Assembly (NCBI GenBank): GCA_951406725.2
Contig: OX597815.1
Coordinates: 181,784,001 to 181,848,000, forward strand
DNA from: Octopus vulgaris
Lineage: Eukaryota
Length of the DNA: 64,000 bases
Direction of reading: 5' to 3'
Below the pieces are notes generated by a model, which was given only the letters and a program-made list of their open reading frames with translations, was not told where the DNA came from and ran no database searches. This document shows positions 38,960 through 52,234 of the stretch, in pieces (the stretch's first letter is position 1; the number at the start of each line of letters is the position of its first letter). Made by a program: the position numbers and the translations under genes.

Positions 38960-39185
38960 AAAAGGCACCAAATGATTGTGGCCATTGCCAGCCTCCCCTG
39001 GCACCTGTGCTGATGGCACGTAAAAAGCACCCACTACACTCATGGAGTGGTTGGCATTAAGAAGGGCATCCAGCTGTACAAGCACTGCCAGATCAGACTG
39101 GAGCCTGGTGCAGCCTCCTGATTTCCTAAATCCCGGTCGAACCTCCAACCCATGCTAGCATGAAAAAACCTGATGATGATGATGA
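38960..39185 (+). mobile_element. RTE 3'UTR
   Basis: UTR match and (GAT)n. Confidence 0.8.
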
Positions 39186-39186
39186 A

Positions 39187-40479
39187 GGCTGCAAGTCAGA
39201 CAAAATGCTTGGTGGCATTTTGTCTGTCTTTGTGTTCTGAGTTCAAATTCCACCAAGGCTGATCTTGCCTTTCATCCTTTTTGTGGGGGAGGGGGGGTCA
39301 ATAAATTAAGTACCAGTTGCATACTGAAGTCGATTTAATCAACTGGTCCCATCCCCAATAATTTCGGGCTTTGTGCCTAGAGTGGAGAAGAACATTTGTT
39401 TCTTACAAGGTGGCAAGCTGGCAGAAACATTAGCACACCAGGTGAAATGCTCAGTGGCATTTCATCTGTCTTTACATTCTGAGTTCAAATTCCACCGAGG
39501 TCGACTTTGCCATTCATCCTTTTGAGGGTGATGAAATAAGTACCAATTACACACTGGGTTAATATAATCGACTAGCCCTTTTCCTCAAAAGTTTTCAAGG
39601 CCTTGTGCCGAGGGTAGAAATAATTATTTATGGTGATTAAGGTAGCAAGCTGGCAGAATTGTTAGCACACTGGGCAAAATACTTAGCGGTATTTCGTCTG
39701 CCGTTATGTTCTGAGTTCAAATTCCTCCAAGGTCGACTTTGCCATTCATCTTTTCGGGGTCGGTAAATTAAGTACCAGTTATGCACTGGAGTCAATGTAA
39801 TCAACTTAATCTCTTTGTCTGTCCTTGTTTGTCCCCTTAAAGTTTAGCCCCCTGTGAGCAATAAAGAAATGAATATAGAAATCAAATTTACTTGAACAAA
39901 CTCATGATGAACAAGTGCCAACAACAATTTAGTTGACTGACACTGATGTCACCCAAGTTTCTTTAAGCAATAATAATGTGGCAGAGAATTCCAAATGAAT
40001 TCTATTTGTGCTGCTTACCATTTAACAGCCACATTATTCATGTGAAAGCAGAAATCCAAGTAATATGAACCATTTTTTCTTTTTCTTCTATTCTAGGCTC
40101 AAGGCCTGAAATTTTGGGGAGGAGGGGCAGTCGATTAGATAGACCCCAGTACACAACTGGTACTTAATTTATTGACCCTGAAAGGATGAAAGGCAAAGTC
40201 GACTTAAGTGGAATTTGAACTCAGAACACGAAGATAGACGAAATACCTATTTCTTTACTACCCACAAGGAGCTAAACACAGAGGGGACAATCAAGGACAG
40301 GCAAATGGATTAAGTCGATTACATCGACCTCAGTGTGTAACTGGTACTTAGTTTATTGACCCCGAAAGGATGAAAGGCAAAGTCGACCTCAGCGGAATTT
40401 GAACTCAGAACATAGTGGCAGACGAAATACCGCTAAGCATTTTGCCCATCGTGCTAACGTTTCTGCCAGCTCACCGCCT
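39187..40479. mobile_element. SINE B cluster: three plus copies (39187-39871) and a minus dimer (40083-40479)
   Basis: Match to the B consensus; two alternative tails are used. Confidence 0.85.
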
Positions 40480-41167
40480 AAGTATTATGAACTTTTAGAA
40501 TCATATCGATGGAACAAATGCTTCATAAGTGACATAATTAATGAGGTATGTAAGATGTCCGTCATCGTATTCAACTGAAGAATTCCTTGCCTTAATGAAA
40601 ATCAGAACAACAATATAACAATAAATATAAGAAGAGTATGGCAATTCAATCTATTTAATATACAACTCACCCCAGAATTGATCTGCAAACATTCTAAAAT
40701 GGACTTGTGGTTTGTTCTTAAGATTTCAATTACGAAAAGTGTGGTAAAGCAGGAATCATTACAGTTGTTTAATAGCATCAACACTTGTAACTTGTCTCCT
40801 AATATTTGACTTCATTGAGCCATTTTCTTCAAGTCTTCTTTAAGAACCAACACAAGACATGAAGGACGTAGATGAGGGAATTAATTTAACAAATGAATAA
40901 AACTTAATCTTCGTAAGTACTTTGCATAGATGAAGGTGTTGAAAGGATTTTGAGGGTCTCTTAGTAGGACTTTGACTCAGATATAGGTTGGTGAATAAAA
41001 CATTTGTTAATTACACTGAAATAATATTTACAAATGTTAGGAAGAGCAGCATACAGCCCTAGAAAGCCTGTCAAAGAGGACAATGAAGCCTGGTGATGCT
41101 CTCCAGCTTCCCAGCTTTTGTCAAACCATTCCAAAGCATGCTAGCATGGAAAGTGGATGTTAAATGA

Positions 41168-41525
41168 GGATGATGATGATGATGACGACAATGATGATGA
41201 TGACAAGGATGATGACGACGATGATGACGACGACGACGATGATGATGATGATGATGACGATGATGATGATGACGATGATGATGATGATGACGATGATGAT
41301 GACGACGATGATGACGACGACGGCGACGATGATGAAGATGATGACGACGATGATGATGATGATGACGATGATGATGACAACGATGATGATGATGACGACT
41401 ATCATGAGGATGACGACGACGACGACGATGATGACGATGACGGCGATGATGATGATGATGATGATGACAACGACGATGATGATGATGATGACAACGACGA
41501 CGATAGTGATGACGATGATGATGAT
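41168..41525. repeat. Expanded (GAT/GAC)n tract, tail of a short RTE fragment (about 41050-41167, +)
   Basis: Direct reading; preceded by catgctagcatggaaagtggatgttaa. Confidence 0.92.
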
Positions 41526-41555
41526 CATGATACCTATTTACAAGATGGAATGGTC

Positions 41556-42972
41556 TCATCATCATCATCATCGTTTAACGTCCGCTGTTCATGCTAGCAT
41601 GGGTTGAACGGTTCAACTGGGGTCTGGGAAGCCTGAAGGCTGCACCAGGCCCAGTCTGATCTGGCAATGTTTCTACAGCAGGATGCCCTTCCTAACACCA
41701 ACCACTACGTGAGTGTAGTGGGTGCTTTTTATGTGCCACCGACACAGGTGCCAGGGGAGGCCGGCAAACGGCCACGCTCGGATGGTGCTTTTTACGTGCC
41801 ACCAGCACGGAGGCCAGGTGATGCGGCGCTGGCTACAGCCACGTTCGGATGGTTCTCTTATGTGCCACCGGCACTGGTATCACAACTACGAATTCCATTG
41901 ATGTTGATTGATTTCGATTTTGATTTTCACTTGCCTCAACAGGTCTTCACAAGTAGAGTTTTGTGTCCCAAGAAGGAAGGCATGCAGAGGTGGACTGACT
42001 ACATCCCAGGTAGAGGCCATGGGTTATAGCCTCACTTTTCCTGCTGGGTCTTCTCACGCACAGCATACTTCCAAAGGTCTCAGTCTCTGGTAATTTCCCC
42101 GGTGAGACCTAAAGAGTGAAGGTCATGCTTCACCACCTTGTCCCAGGTTTTCCTGGGTCTATCTCTTCCACAGGTTCCCTCAACTGCTAGGGTGTGGCAC
42201 TTTTTCACACAACTATCTTCATCCATTCTTACCACTAGTCCATACCAGCATAGACGTTTCTCTTGCACACCACATCTGATGCTTCTTAGGCCCAACTTTT
42301 CTCACAAGGTATTTACACTCTGTTGGGTATGAACACTGACATTACACATCCATCGGAGCATACTGGCTTCATTTCTTGCAAGCTTACGCATATCCTCAGC
42401 AGTCACAGCCCATCTTTCACTGCCATGTAGCATGGCTGTTCATACACATGCATCATACAGTCTGCCTTTTACTCTGAGTGAGAGGCCTTTTGTCACCAGT
42501 AGAGGTAAGAGCTCTCTGAACTTTGCCCAGGCTATTCTTACTCTAGCAGTTACACTTTCAGCACACCCACCCCTACTACTGACTTGATCGCCTAGGTAAC
42601 GGAAACTATCATCTATTTCTAGTTTTTCTCCCTGGAATGTGGCGGAAGATGGTCTCTGTGCATTTTCAGTGTTTATTGCACCAGAGCATCTGCCACATAC
42701 AAAAACTATCTTCTTAGTTAGCCTTCCTTTGACATTGCTGCACCTCTTATGTGTCCATAGCTTACACTTGGTGCATCTTATAGAGTTCCTACCTACGCCT
42801 TTTCTACAGATCGAGCAGGGCCATCTACCTGAAGGCGTATGTGATTTGTCTACCTTCCTACTTATTAGGACTTTGGTTTTAGCTAGGTTGACTCTAAGGC
42901 CCTTCGATTCTAATCCTTGCTTCCACGTCTGAAACTTCTCCTCCAGTTCTGATAGTGACTCAGCAATTAGGT
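41556..42972 (-). mobile_element. 5'-truncated RTE LINE (ORF2 remnant 42032-42970 plus 3'UTR)
   Basis: LIAES...GLRVNLAKTKVL...FRYLG...ARVRIAWAKFREL...LHGSE...WYGLVVRM...RPRKTW, with in-frame stops. Confidence 0.92.
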
Positions 42973-43227
42973 AGTCAGGAACATAATATTCCATCCAAAA
43001 TGGTGTAATTGTTGGTCGTCGGACAGAAATGAATCGAGTCGTTTAGTGTTTTTAAGCGTAGCATTTTAATATTCCTGTAGGTTGACACATGTCTATCTTG
43101 TGCAGCCAATAAATATCCGCAACATCTTTGGACAGATGTTCATGACATATTTTATTGTATATTGAAATTATAGCCTTTTGTGCAATAAGATTAGTCAAGC
43201 AGGGCAATACAACTCTGCTTTGCAACC

Positions 43228-43640
43228 TTCATCATCTCCATCATCATTATCATCGTCCGCATCATCCACTTCCTCATCACCATCATCCCCATCATCATTG
43301 TCATCATCAATATCATTGTCAACATCACCGTCATCACCAACATCATCATCACCATCATCTTCATCATCTTCCTCATTACCATCATCATCATCGTCATCAT
43401 CAATATCATCATCATCATCATCGTCATCATCATCAGCATCATCATCATCATCATCATCCACCATCATCTTCATCATCATCATCTACTTTTCATGCTGGTA
43501 TATGTGGTACAGGTTGCCATGGTGAAAACCAGCACCACTAAGACAAGTTGATGGATCGTATCTCACATTTCCTTCTTAACTTGATCCCTGTCATTGGATA
43601 TCCATCCTAACACCGACAACTTTACAGGGTCTACTGATTG
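43228..43640 (-). mobile_element. Decayed (CAT)n tract plus old RTE UTR fragment
   Basis: (CAT)n 43228-43482, then ttttcatgctgg...ggatatccatcctaacacc. Confidence 0.7.
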
Positions 43641-43875
43641 CCCGTTTTTTTTCTTTTCTCTTTTAGCACCAACACCAGAGAGATGTCATGTCTTTAATGG
43701 AAGTATAGGGTCCTTACACTTTATGGAGTGTACAGAGCAGGCATTTCATAGTCTCAGCACTAGGGAAGCAACCATGACCTTCACTAACAGAACTTCTTGG
43801 TTAAGGGACCTCGTGATCCCCACCACTTGACCCACTTGCCAGCCAATATACAGAGCGAGAGGTAAGAGGAAAATG

Positions 43876-44090
43876 ATAATAATGAAATTATTGCATATAG
43901 TGCACAGGTGCATAACAATTCATCAAAGGTGCATGTAAAGTGCATAGGGTTATGTATAAAGGTGAGGAAAGTGAACAGTGTAGGAGTCATGATAGACATG
44001 TGTGCATGCGTATGGAGGGGGTGGGGTGGATATTGGGTTTAGTGTTTGGTGAATTTCGGGAAGCCTGGAGGTTTTAAAGGATGCAATGGA
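43876..44090 (-). mobile_element. CR1 3' fragment, diverged
   Basis: Reverse complement of about 34650-34850. Confidence 0.65.
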
Positions 44091-44193
44091 GACATAAAAG
44101 CTAAAAGCATGAATAATGGTGATGAAAGAGATGAGGGATGGGGAAATGATTGATAAGGGTGCTCAGTATTCTGAAATAAATGTGTATTCCAGA

Positions 44194-45303
44194 TAACATG
44201 ACCAAGGGGATAGGGCAATGAGAATAGGTTAACATGACCAAAAGGATAGGGCAATGAAAGTAGGTTAACCTGACCAAAAGGATAGAGCAATGAGAGTAGC
44301 TTAACATGAACAAGAGAACAGGGCAATGAGCGTAGGTTAACATGAACAAGAGGACAGGGCAATGACAGTAGGTTAACATGAACAAGAGGACAGGGCAATG
44401 AGAGTAGGTTAACATGAACAAGAGGACAGGGCAATGACAGTAGGTTAACATGACCAAGGGGATAGGTTAACATGAACAAGAGGACAGGGCAATGAGAGTA
44501 GGTTAATATGAACAAGAGGACAGGGCAATGACAGTAGGTTAATATGACCAAGGGGATAGGGCAATGAGAGTAGGTTAACATGACCAAAAAGATTGGGCAA
44601 TGAAAGTAGGTTAACCTGACCAAAAGGATAGAGCAATGAGAGTAGCTTAACATGAACAAGAGAACAGGGCAATGAGCGTAGGTTAACATGAACAAGAGGA
44701 CAGGGCAATGACAGTAGGTTAACATGAACAAGAGGACAGGGCAATGAGAGTAGGTTAACATGAACAAGAGGACAGGGCAATGAGAGTAGGTTAACATGAA
44801 CAAGAGGACAGGGCAATGACAGTAGGTTAACATGAACAAAAGGACAGGGCAATAGAGTAGGTTAACATGAACAAGAGGACAGGGCAATGAGAGTAGGTTA
44901 ACATGAACAAGAGGACAGGGCAATGACAGTAGGTTAACATGAACAAGAGGACAGGGCAATGAGAGTAGGTTAACATGAACAAGAGAACAGGGCAATGACA
45001 GTAGATTAACATGAACAAGAGGACAGGACAATGACAGTAGGTTAACATGAACAAGAGGATAGGGCAATGACAGTAGGTTAACATGAACAAGAGGACAGGG
45101 CAATGACAGTAGGTTAACATGACCAAGAGGACAGGGCAATGACAGTAGGTTAACATGACCAAAAGGACAAGGCAATGAGAGTAGGTTAACATGAACAAGT
45201 AGATAGGGCAATGAGAATAGGTTAACATGAACAAGAGGACAGGGCAATGACAGTAGGTTAACATGACCAAAAGGACAAGGCAATGAGAGTAGGTTAACAT
45301 GAC
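44194..45303. repeat. 36-bp minisatellite, about 31 copies
   Basis: Unit aggttaacatgaacaagaggacagggcaatga(c/g)agt, head to tail with no spacers. Confidence 0.95.
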
Positions 45304-45691
45304 TGAAACAAGTAAAAGTGTAAATAAATTGAACAACCCTGTATTTACCTATCTTTATGCTTCCGTGGTTAGTCTAGGGCCTCATTTTATAACTTTTTCA
45401 CTTGGTTATTGCATAGCAAATGAGCAGAGACATTGTGAGGTCGAAAGCATCCTTAAGACTTTCTGAAGATATGACAACATCTCTAGCGCAGGTGCCCAGT
45501 ACACTGTATAAAATGGCCAGTGATAGTAAAAGCATCTAGCCATAGAAACCAGATCATGGAAGGTGTTCATTTCTTACTTGTGTAGGAGAACAGGACTCTG
45601 AACAAAAACTATCTCAGACTGTGATACCTACTTCAGCCCATGCCAGCATCAAAAGTAGATGCTAAGTGATGATAATGATAACTCTACCTGT

Positions 45692-46024
45692 CTAACACCT
45701 GTGGACATGTTTACAAAGTCAGAAAACAGCACAGCTCCCTTAACTTTCGGAAACATTTTTTCATGCTAAGAGTTGCTGAAGTATGGAACAAACTGCCGGC
45801 ATCAGTTGTTAGTTGTTGGAGCACTGCATCCTTCAAAATTTCCATGCTTCCTGAGATTCGCCAACACCACATCTCATTTTCTCCCCTCCACACACACGCA
45901 AGCATGTATCTGACTCATACACTGTTCACTTCCCAGACATTTGCACATTACTGCATATGCTTTATATGTACTTTTGACAAGTTGTAGTGCACCTGAGCAC
46001 TGTATACAATCATTTCATTATTAT
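45692..46024 (+). mobile_element. CR1 LINE 3' end
   Basis: GHVYKVRKQHSSLNFRKHFFMLRVAEVWNKLPASVVSC. Confidence 0.8.
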
Positions 46025-46924
46025 TTTTTTTTATGATGCTAGTGATAGTTATGATGATGATAACTTCAAGGCAATTTTTTGGCAAGTGAAATAATTTAGA
46101 ATAATTTTGAAATATTGACATTTATTTTATCATCAAATATAAATATTAAAAATATCATATATTAAATATTTCACATTTTCATCATTTACAAACGGAATGA
46201 AAATTCATTTTGCCACGTTTCAAAATTAGTCTGTTGGATATTGAATCATAAATAAAAAATTTTAATACCTGAACTTTTAGAGAATAATAAAGTTGGCTAT
46301 GCATCATATATGTACTTTATAATTTGTATTCATGTTATGTTATTCTGTTGAAGATAAAATCTTAAGAATGATAAAACACATTTTAGAAATATTTTTGCTG
46401 TTTTGTATGTCAGAATAATACTTTGGTTTCAAGAAGCAGATTTTCCCAAAACTAGTTTCCTTCATATTTACTTAAACCACACTAAACTTAAAAAACTCAT
46501 ACTTGATATTTCATACAATTAAGAAAACGCAATAAATATTCATTAAAATCCATTATGAATTTGTTCTGAATAACTTAGAAAAATAAACTATTCAGAAACT
46601 AAAAAGATACTTACTAACTGTTCAAGTATTCTTCAAGATTAATCTTATGCAGCTTCGTTAGATTCATAAATATAAAAGATAATAATGAAAGATGATAATT
46701 AGGATGAATTTAATATGGATTTGTCACTTCTTCAGTCTTGAAAGTCTCCATAAAACTACCATTTGCTATCTGAATATACGTACAAACAGAATTATTTACT
46801 TTCCAGTTTTATACAAATTTCATACCACATAATTTGATGCCGTTTCAGTTTTTATTCCATTTCAAAGATTGCTTTTTTTTTTTCTATTTTTTTGTTAACC
46901 ATCATTTGGAATTTACAAAATATA

Positions 46925-47897
46925 CTCTTTACTCTTTTCCTTGTTTCAATCATTTTGACTGTGGCCATGCTGGAGCACCATCTTTAGTCAAGCAAATCAA
47001 CCCCAGGACTTATTCTTTGTAAGCTTAGTAATTATTCTATCGATCTTTCTTGCCGAACCGCTAAGTTATGGGGACGTAAACACACCAGCATCAGTTGTCA
47101 AGCGATGTTTGGGACACACAGACACACAAACATATACACACACATGCATATATATATATATATGACGGGTTTCTTTCATTTCCGTCTACCAAATCCACTC
47201 ATAAGGCTTTGGTTGGCCCAAGGCTATAGTAGAAGACACTTGCCCAAGGTACCACACAGTGGGACTGAACCCAGAACCATGTGGTTGGTAAGCAAGCTAC
47301 TTACTACACAGCCACTCTAAGAAAGAAAGAAAAATAAACAAAATAATTTTTATTTGTTTCTTTTTCAGGCAAAATTATTTAAATGTACTTTTATTGTAGT
47401 CTTCAACCATTCCATGAAGATATTTTTAATAACAATATTCTTCCTGTCTTTCGATGAATTTTTACAATCACCAAGAATTATAATTGGTATATGGAATACA
47501 ACTTCAAAAATAGATTTTTCACAAGTTTTATCAACAAATTTTCTCAACAACAATCAACTCGACCCCAGGACTTATTCTTTTTGTAAGCCCAGTACTTATT
47601 CTATCGGTCTCTTTTTGCCGAACTGCAAAGTGACGGGGACATAAACACACCAGCATCGGTTGTCAAGCAATGCTAGGGAAACAAACACAGACACACAAAC
47701 ACACACACATACATATATATATATACATATATACGACAGGCTTCTTTCAGTTTCCGTCTACCAAATCCACTCACAAGGCATTGGTCGGCCCGGGGCTATA
47801 GCAGAAGACACTTGCCCAAGATGCCACGCAGTGGGACTGAACCCGGAACCATGTGGTTGGTTAGCAAGCTACTTACCACACAGCCACTCCTGCGCCT
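46925..47897 (-). mobile_element. Two SINE C copies (46925-47318 and 47555-47897)
   Basis: Reverse-complement match. Confidence 0.85.
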
Positions 47898-49555
47898 CAT
47901 TGTTTGGGGCAAAAAATAATCGTTTGCAGGTTGGACTTGAAACAAGTTGCTGCTGTTTCATACTGAACAACAAATGTACTTTTATACTTCTACTTAAACT
48001 ACAATTTCTGTAGAAATTAAAACCTACTCAGCCATGTTTGTTTGGTATGACATATGTTGAGGTCCAGTTTGCCTTTACGTCAATGTTAAAAACTAATAAT
48101 CATTCCATAACTAAATAATTATTTTTACTCTATTATTCCTGCAGTGTTTACACACATACATGTATATGCATGGGCAAGCATGGCTGAGCAGTTAAGATAT
48201 TCACTTCACAGCCGCATGGTTCTGGGTTCAGTTCCATTGTGTGCTATCCTTGACAATTGTTCTCAACTATAGCTCTGGGTTATTTAGCAGATGGTAACTG
48301 ACAACAATGTTCCTTCCCTTATGTATGTGTTTCAGTTACCTTGTCTTGACATGTTCTAAATGCAAGCAGAGCATCACTGTCATACAAGCTGTGTTGCTTG
48401 TTCTCAGTTTCTCATGAGCTCAACCAATCAACACTGGCTGTCTTATTATGGTTTATGGGGTAAACCTCATCGAAAGTGAGCAAGTTTACCCATAAAATTT
48501 CTTGATTGAATGTTCTGGAAAATTTAGCTTACAGTTATAATAAACAAATATAACTTTAGATGAGAGCACTTAGCATTTCTTACAAAATTACATCACTCTA
48601 CTCAGTGAATTAGTCTCTTGCTCTCTTTCGCTTTTGCTTACTCAACATGCTGCTGTCATATTCAGCAAAAGATATCAACCCTGAATTGTAGTTTTGAATC
48701 AAACACATTAATGATATGCGGTATTTTTAACTCCTACTTCATCTCTGAGCTGCTTTCATAATATTATCCTGCATGTTGTATTGCTGAAGCATCCTAACTA
48801 TTATGTTTGTTGTTTGATGAACACGGTTGCATCAAATTACATGTACATGTGCAAATATAAATGATGTGAGTTAATAGATGAAAACACAAATATAACTTGG
48901 TCGTTCTTATCTTCTCACACATCATACCTAATACTGTGATCTATCATCAAAGAATTTATGACTAAACACCTCACCAAAAATTGGTATGATAATATTTCTA
49001 GCTTGAATAGAACTGTTATCAAATATGAGAATCTTACTTTTAAGGATTTCTCAAAGAGATGGATCAAAGGAACTGTTTCAAAAGAAACTTCTTACTCAAG
49101 GCAAGATTGATTATTGGAACCAGCTTGCCAGGCACACATAGTCACAGCTTTTGCTAATGGTAAGTGCAAGATTATTGCTTTTAGTGAATTCTCAAAGACA
49201 GGAGCTCAGAAGTGAGCCATGTAGAAGAGAGAGCCTTGTTGTTTAATCACAGACCGGTTCTGATAATTATTTTACTTTATGTTATAAGAATTTATTCACC
49301 AATTAAAATTTTTGTTAGAAACTTTAAGATGTATGAAATAAATTGTTTTAACCTCTTCCCTGGCAACTTTTTGTGGAGAAAATGTTTCATTTTTAGACAA
49401 ACTCCCATCTGATATATCAAAGCTTCTAATATCTTGTGAGCTCAACATCTGGGCATAATTTGTAAGAAATACAAAAGCAATCAAAATCTGAGAAATGCAG
49501 AGAATTGACGTATAAACTCGTCTGTGGCTGCTTTTGAAATTATGTTTTGGACAAA

Positions 49556-49794
49556 GGCGGTGAGCTGGCAGAAACATTAGTGCGCCAGGCGAAATGCATA
49601 GCCGTATTTCATCTGTCGTTACGCTCCGAGTTCAAATTCCGCCGAGGTCAACTTTGCCTTTCATCCTTTCGGGGTCGATAAATTAAGTACCAGTTACGCA
49701 CTGGGGTCGATGTAATCGACTTAATCCGTTTGTCTGTCCTTGTTTGTCCCCTCTGTGTTTAGCTCCTTGTGGGTAGTAAAGAAATATATATATA
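49556..49794 (+). mobile_element. SINE B, young, with 15-bp TSD
   Basis: tatgttttggacaaa at 49541-49555 and 49795-49809. Confidence 0.92.
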
Positions 49795-50296
49795 TATGTT
49801 TTGGACAAATTTACTCATCACGCCTTGAAAAAGACAAATTGAGTGAAGATTAGTTAACCCCTATTTGCCAAGTAGGGGGTTAACAGTTTAACACAAGGTA
49901 GATATAGCCCGGTTCTCCATCAGTGATGTCAATGAATGTTCAAGTTGATTCTATCAACTGAACAGCCTGCTCATGAAATTAACATGCAAGTGGCTGGGTA
50001 CTCCATAAACATACATGTCCTTAACACAGTTCTCAGGGAGGTTCTGCATGTCACAGACTATGACAAGGCCAGCTCTTTGAATTAGGGCTAGCAGTCATTT
50101 TTGCCAGCTGAGTAGACAAGAACAATGAGAAATACAGTGTCTCACTGATGGACACAATAAACACCACCAGGAACTGAACTCACGACTTTATAGTTGAGCA
50201 CCCAAAACCCTAACCACAAGGCCATGTACCTTCTCATGAAATAGATAACTCTATAAATTATAACATTCAGAATATCTGACTAAAAAAAAAAAAACG

Positions 50297-50523
50297 TTTT
50301 ATATTTAAGAGATGAGAAATTATGTTCATTATCTACATTTGATGGATAACATAAAAAAATACCTTAGGAATGAGAACCCAGGTTTCAAATTTCCTTAAGA
50401 CACCTGATGAAGGCTGGTGGTTATATCAGCCGAAACGTTGTGTTAAGAACAAACAAGATGAGGACAAACATCTGTCAAATGTAAATAATGTACATAATTC
50501 CTCATCTCTTGAATATAGAACTG
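50297..50523. mobile_element. Family A: inverted tail fragment (50297-50348, -) plus plus-strand body
   Basis: Body ends aatatagaactg; the left part is the reverse complement of the same tail. Confidence 0.82.
50399..50444 (+). ncRNA. Minimal type-I hammerhead ribozyme motif (family A, intact)
   Basis: gacac-CTGATGA-a-ggctg(gtggttatat)cagcc-GAAA-cg-TT-gtgtt; differences from other copies fall in loop II. Confidence 0.8.
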
Positions 50524-50777
50524 TATTATCTAAAACATCTTATCATTAACAATTAATGATAATCTAGTAGACAATTACCATCTGCAATTTGACAAAAAGC
50601 AATAAAACATACTTCAAATGTAATCTTTATGTTCTACAGTTAGTCCTTCATTAACTAATCACCTGTGTAGTCTCTGTTCTATCAAACTCTTTGTTTACTA
50701 AACATTATCGTTGCTAGTAACATCGGCATCTTTACTCTTATGAATATCACCATGAGCACCATTATAGTTCTTATCAC

Positions 50778-50843
<66 letters not shown>

Positions 50844-51333
50844 CATTGCCTTTGCACAGCTTCTAACGCTGGAGATATACTACGGTGTCAGCTGTTCACT
50901 ACCAGTGAACTAAGGTAACACCTCTTATTTTGTGAGCACCTTCCGGAGTATTCGGGCAGTTCCAAGCAGTGCTGTTTTCTGCAATTCCTCCACCCTTATT
51001 GCAGCCCCTATTTGTTCCATGTACTTCTCGAGATTTTTGCTCACTGTTCCCAGAGTTCTGACAATTATTGGTACTACTGCTACCTTTTTCATCGACCACA
51101 ACTGCTTAACTTCCCAAGCTAACCTGTCATATCTCTCGACTTTTCTTTCTTCCTTATCGCATACCTTGTTGTCAGCTGGGCATGCTATATCTAGGAACCA
51201 GCATAGTTTGCTTTCTTTCTCAATTAAGACTATGTCCAGCTTCCTATTCTCTATCTCATGGTTGCACTGAATCATAAAATCCCAGAGAATCTTTGCATTT
51301 CTATTTTCGATGATGTCTTCAGGTTTGTGGTCA
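50844..51333 (-). mobile_element. R4/Dong-like LINE 3' end abutting (TAA)n
   Basis: KILWDFMIQCNHEIENRKLDIVL...LDIACPAD...KVERY...VPIIV..LG...LQKTALLGTARILRKVL, the RLE-region pattern. Confidence 0.85.
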
Positions 51334-51334
51334 T

Positions 51335-51731
51335 TGCATTCTGAGTTCAAATTCCACCGAGGTTGACTTTGCCTTTCGTCCTTTCAGGGGTCGATTAAAT
51401 AAGTACCAGTTACACACTGGGGTTGATGTAATCGACTAACCCCCTCCCCACAAATTTCAAGCCTTGTGCCTATAATAGAAAAGATTATTATTATTATTAT
51501 TATTATTATTAGTTAAAGGTGACGAGCTGGCAGAACTGTTAGCACGATGGGCAAAATGCTTAATGGCATTTTGTCTGCTGCTATGCTCCAAGTTCAAATT
51601 CCACTGAAGTCGACTTTGCTTTTCATCCTTTTGGAGTCGATAAATTAAGTACTAGTAAAGCACTGGGGTTGATACAATAGACTAGCCCCCTCCCTCATAA
51701 TTTCAGGCCTTGCGCCTATAGTAGGATGGAT
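51335..51731 (+). mobile_element. Two SINE B copies
   Basis: Match to the B consensus with the short tail. Confidence 0.8.
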
Positions 51732-51880
51732 TATTGTTATTAGTTCTTTTCAGGATAAGAACTTGATCATTGGTTCATAAAAATCTAGTTTTTTATAAAA
51801 GCAAATTGAATTCTTTATAAAAAAAAAAGGGTGCAAAATTGATATTATGTATATGATAATTTCTAAATAACCAATAAATA

Positions 51881-52234
51881 ATAAGAGCACTCAGAGAGCA
51901 CAAACCTCCACCAAAGCAACACCAACGTCCTTTCAACGATTAGCTGGAGATGATTTTTAAAATGAGATTATCTGAAATAAACTTGACTGCTCTCACAAAT
52001 GAGAATACTAAAAATTGAACCTGACCACACTCAAAAATTAAGTATAAAAGCCGAAAATATAATCCAGAATCCTTGTCCAGTACCTGATTCAGCTTGTGCC
52101 AGTCACAAGGCCAAGCATCCCCGAGAGTTTCATCCGAATCCATCCAGCGGTTCTTGAGATATCTTGTCCACAGATAAACAAACAAACAAACACGACTGGA
52201 AACAATACCTCAACCTTTGCTAAGGTGAAGGTAA
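51881..52234 (+). mobile_element. Helentron-associated (HINE/DINE-like) non-autonomous element
   Basis: 5' aagagcactcagagagcacaaacctccaccaa, internal (AAAC)n, 3' hairpin tacctcaacctt-tgct-aaggtgaaggta. Confidence 0.55.

Noticed and set aside
41071-41607. Poly-D, poly-H, poly-S and poly-M ORFs
   Set aside because: Translations of a (GAT/GAC)n retroelement tail.
44194-45303. CRISPR-like 36-bp repeats and a 414-aa ORF
   Set aside because: Units are contiguous with no unique spacers and there are no cas genes; the context is eukaryotic. The ORF follows from a unit length divisible by 3.
49045-49165. Exon-like segment ending at a strong gtaagt donor
   Set aside because: Stops in all three frames between the plausible acceptor and the donor.
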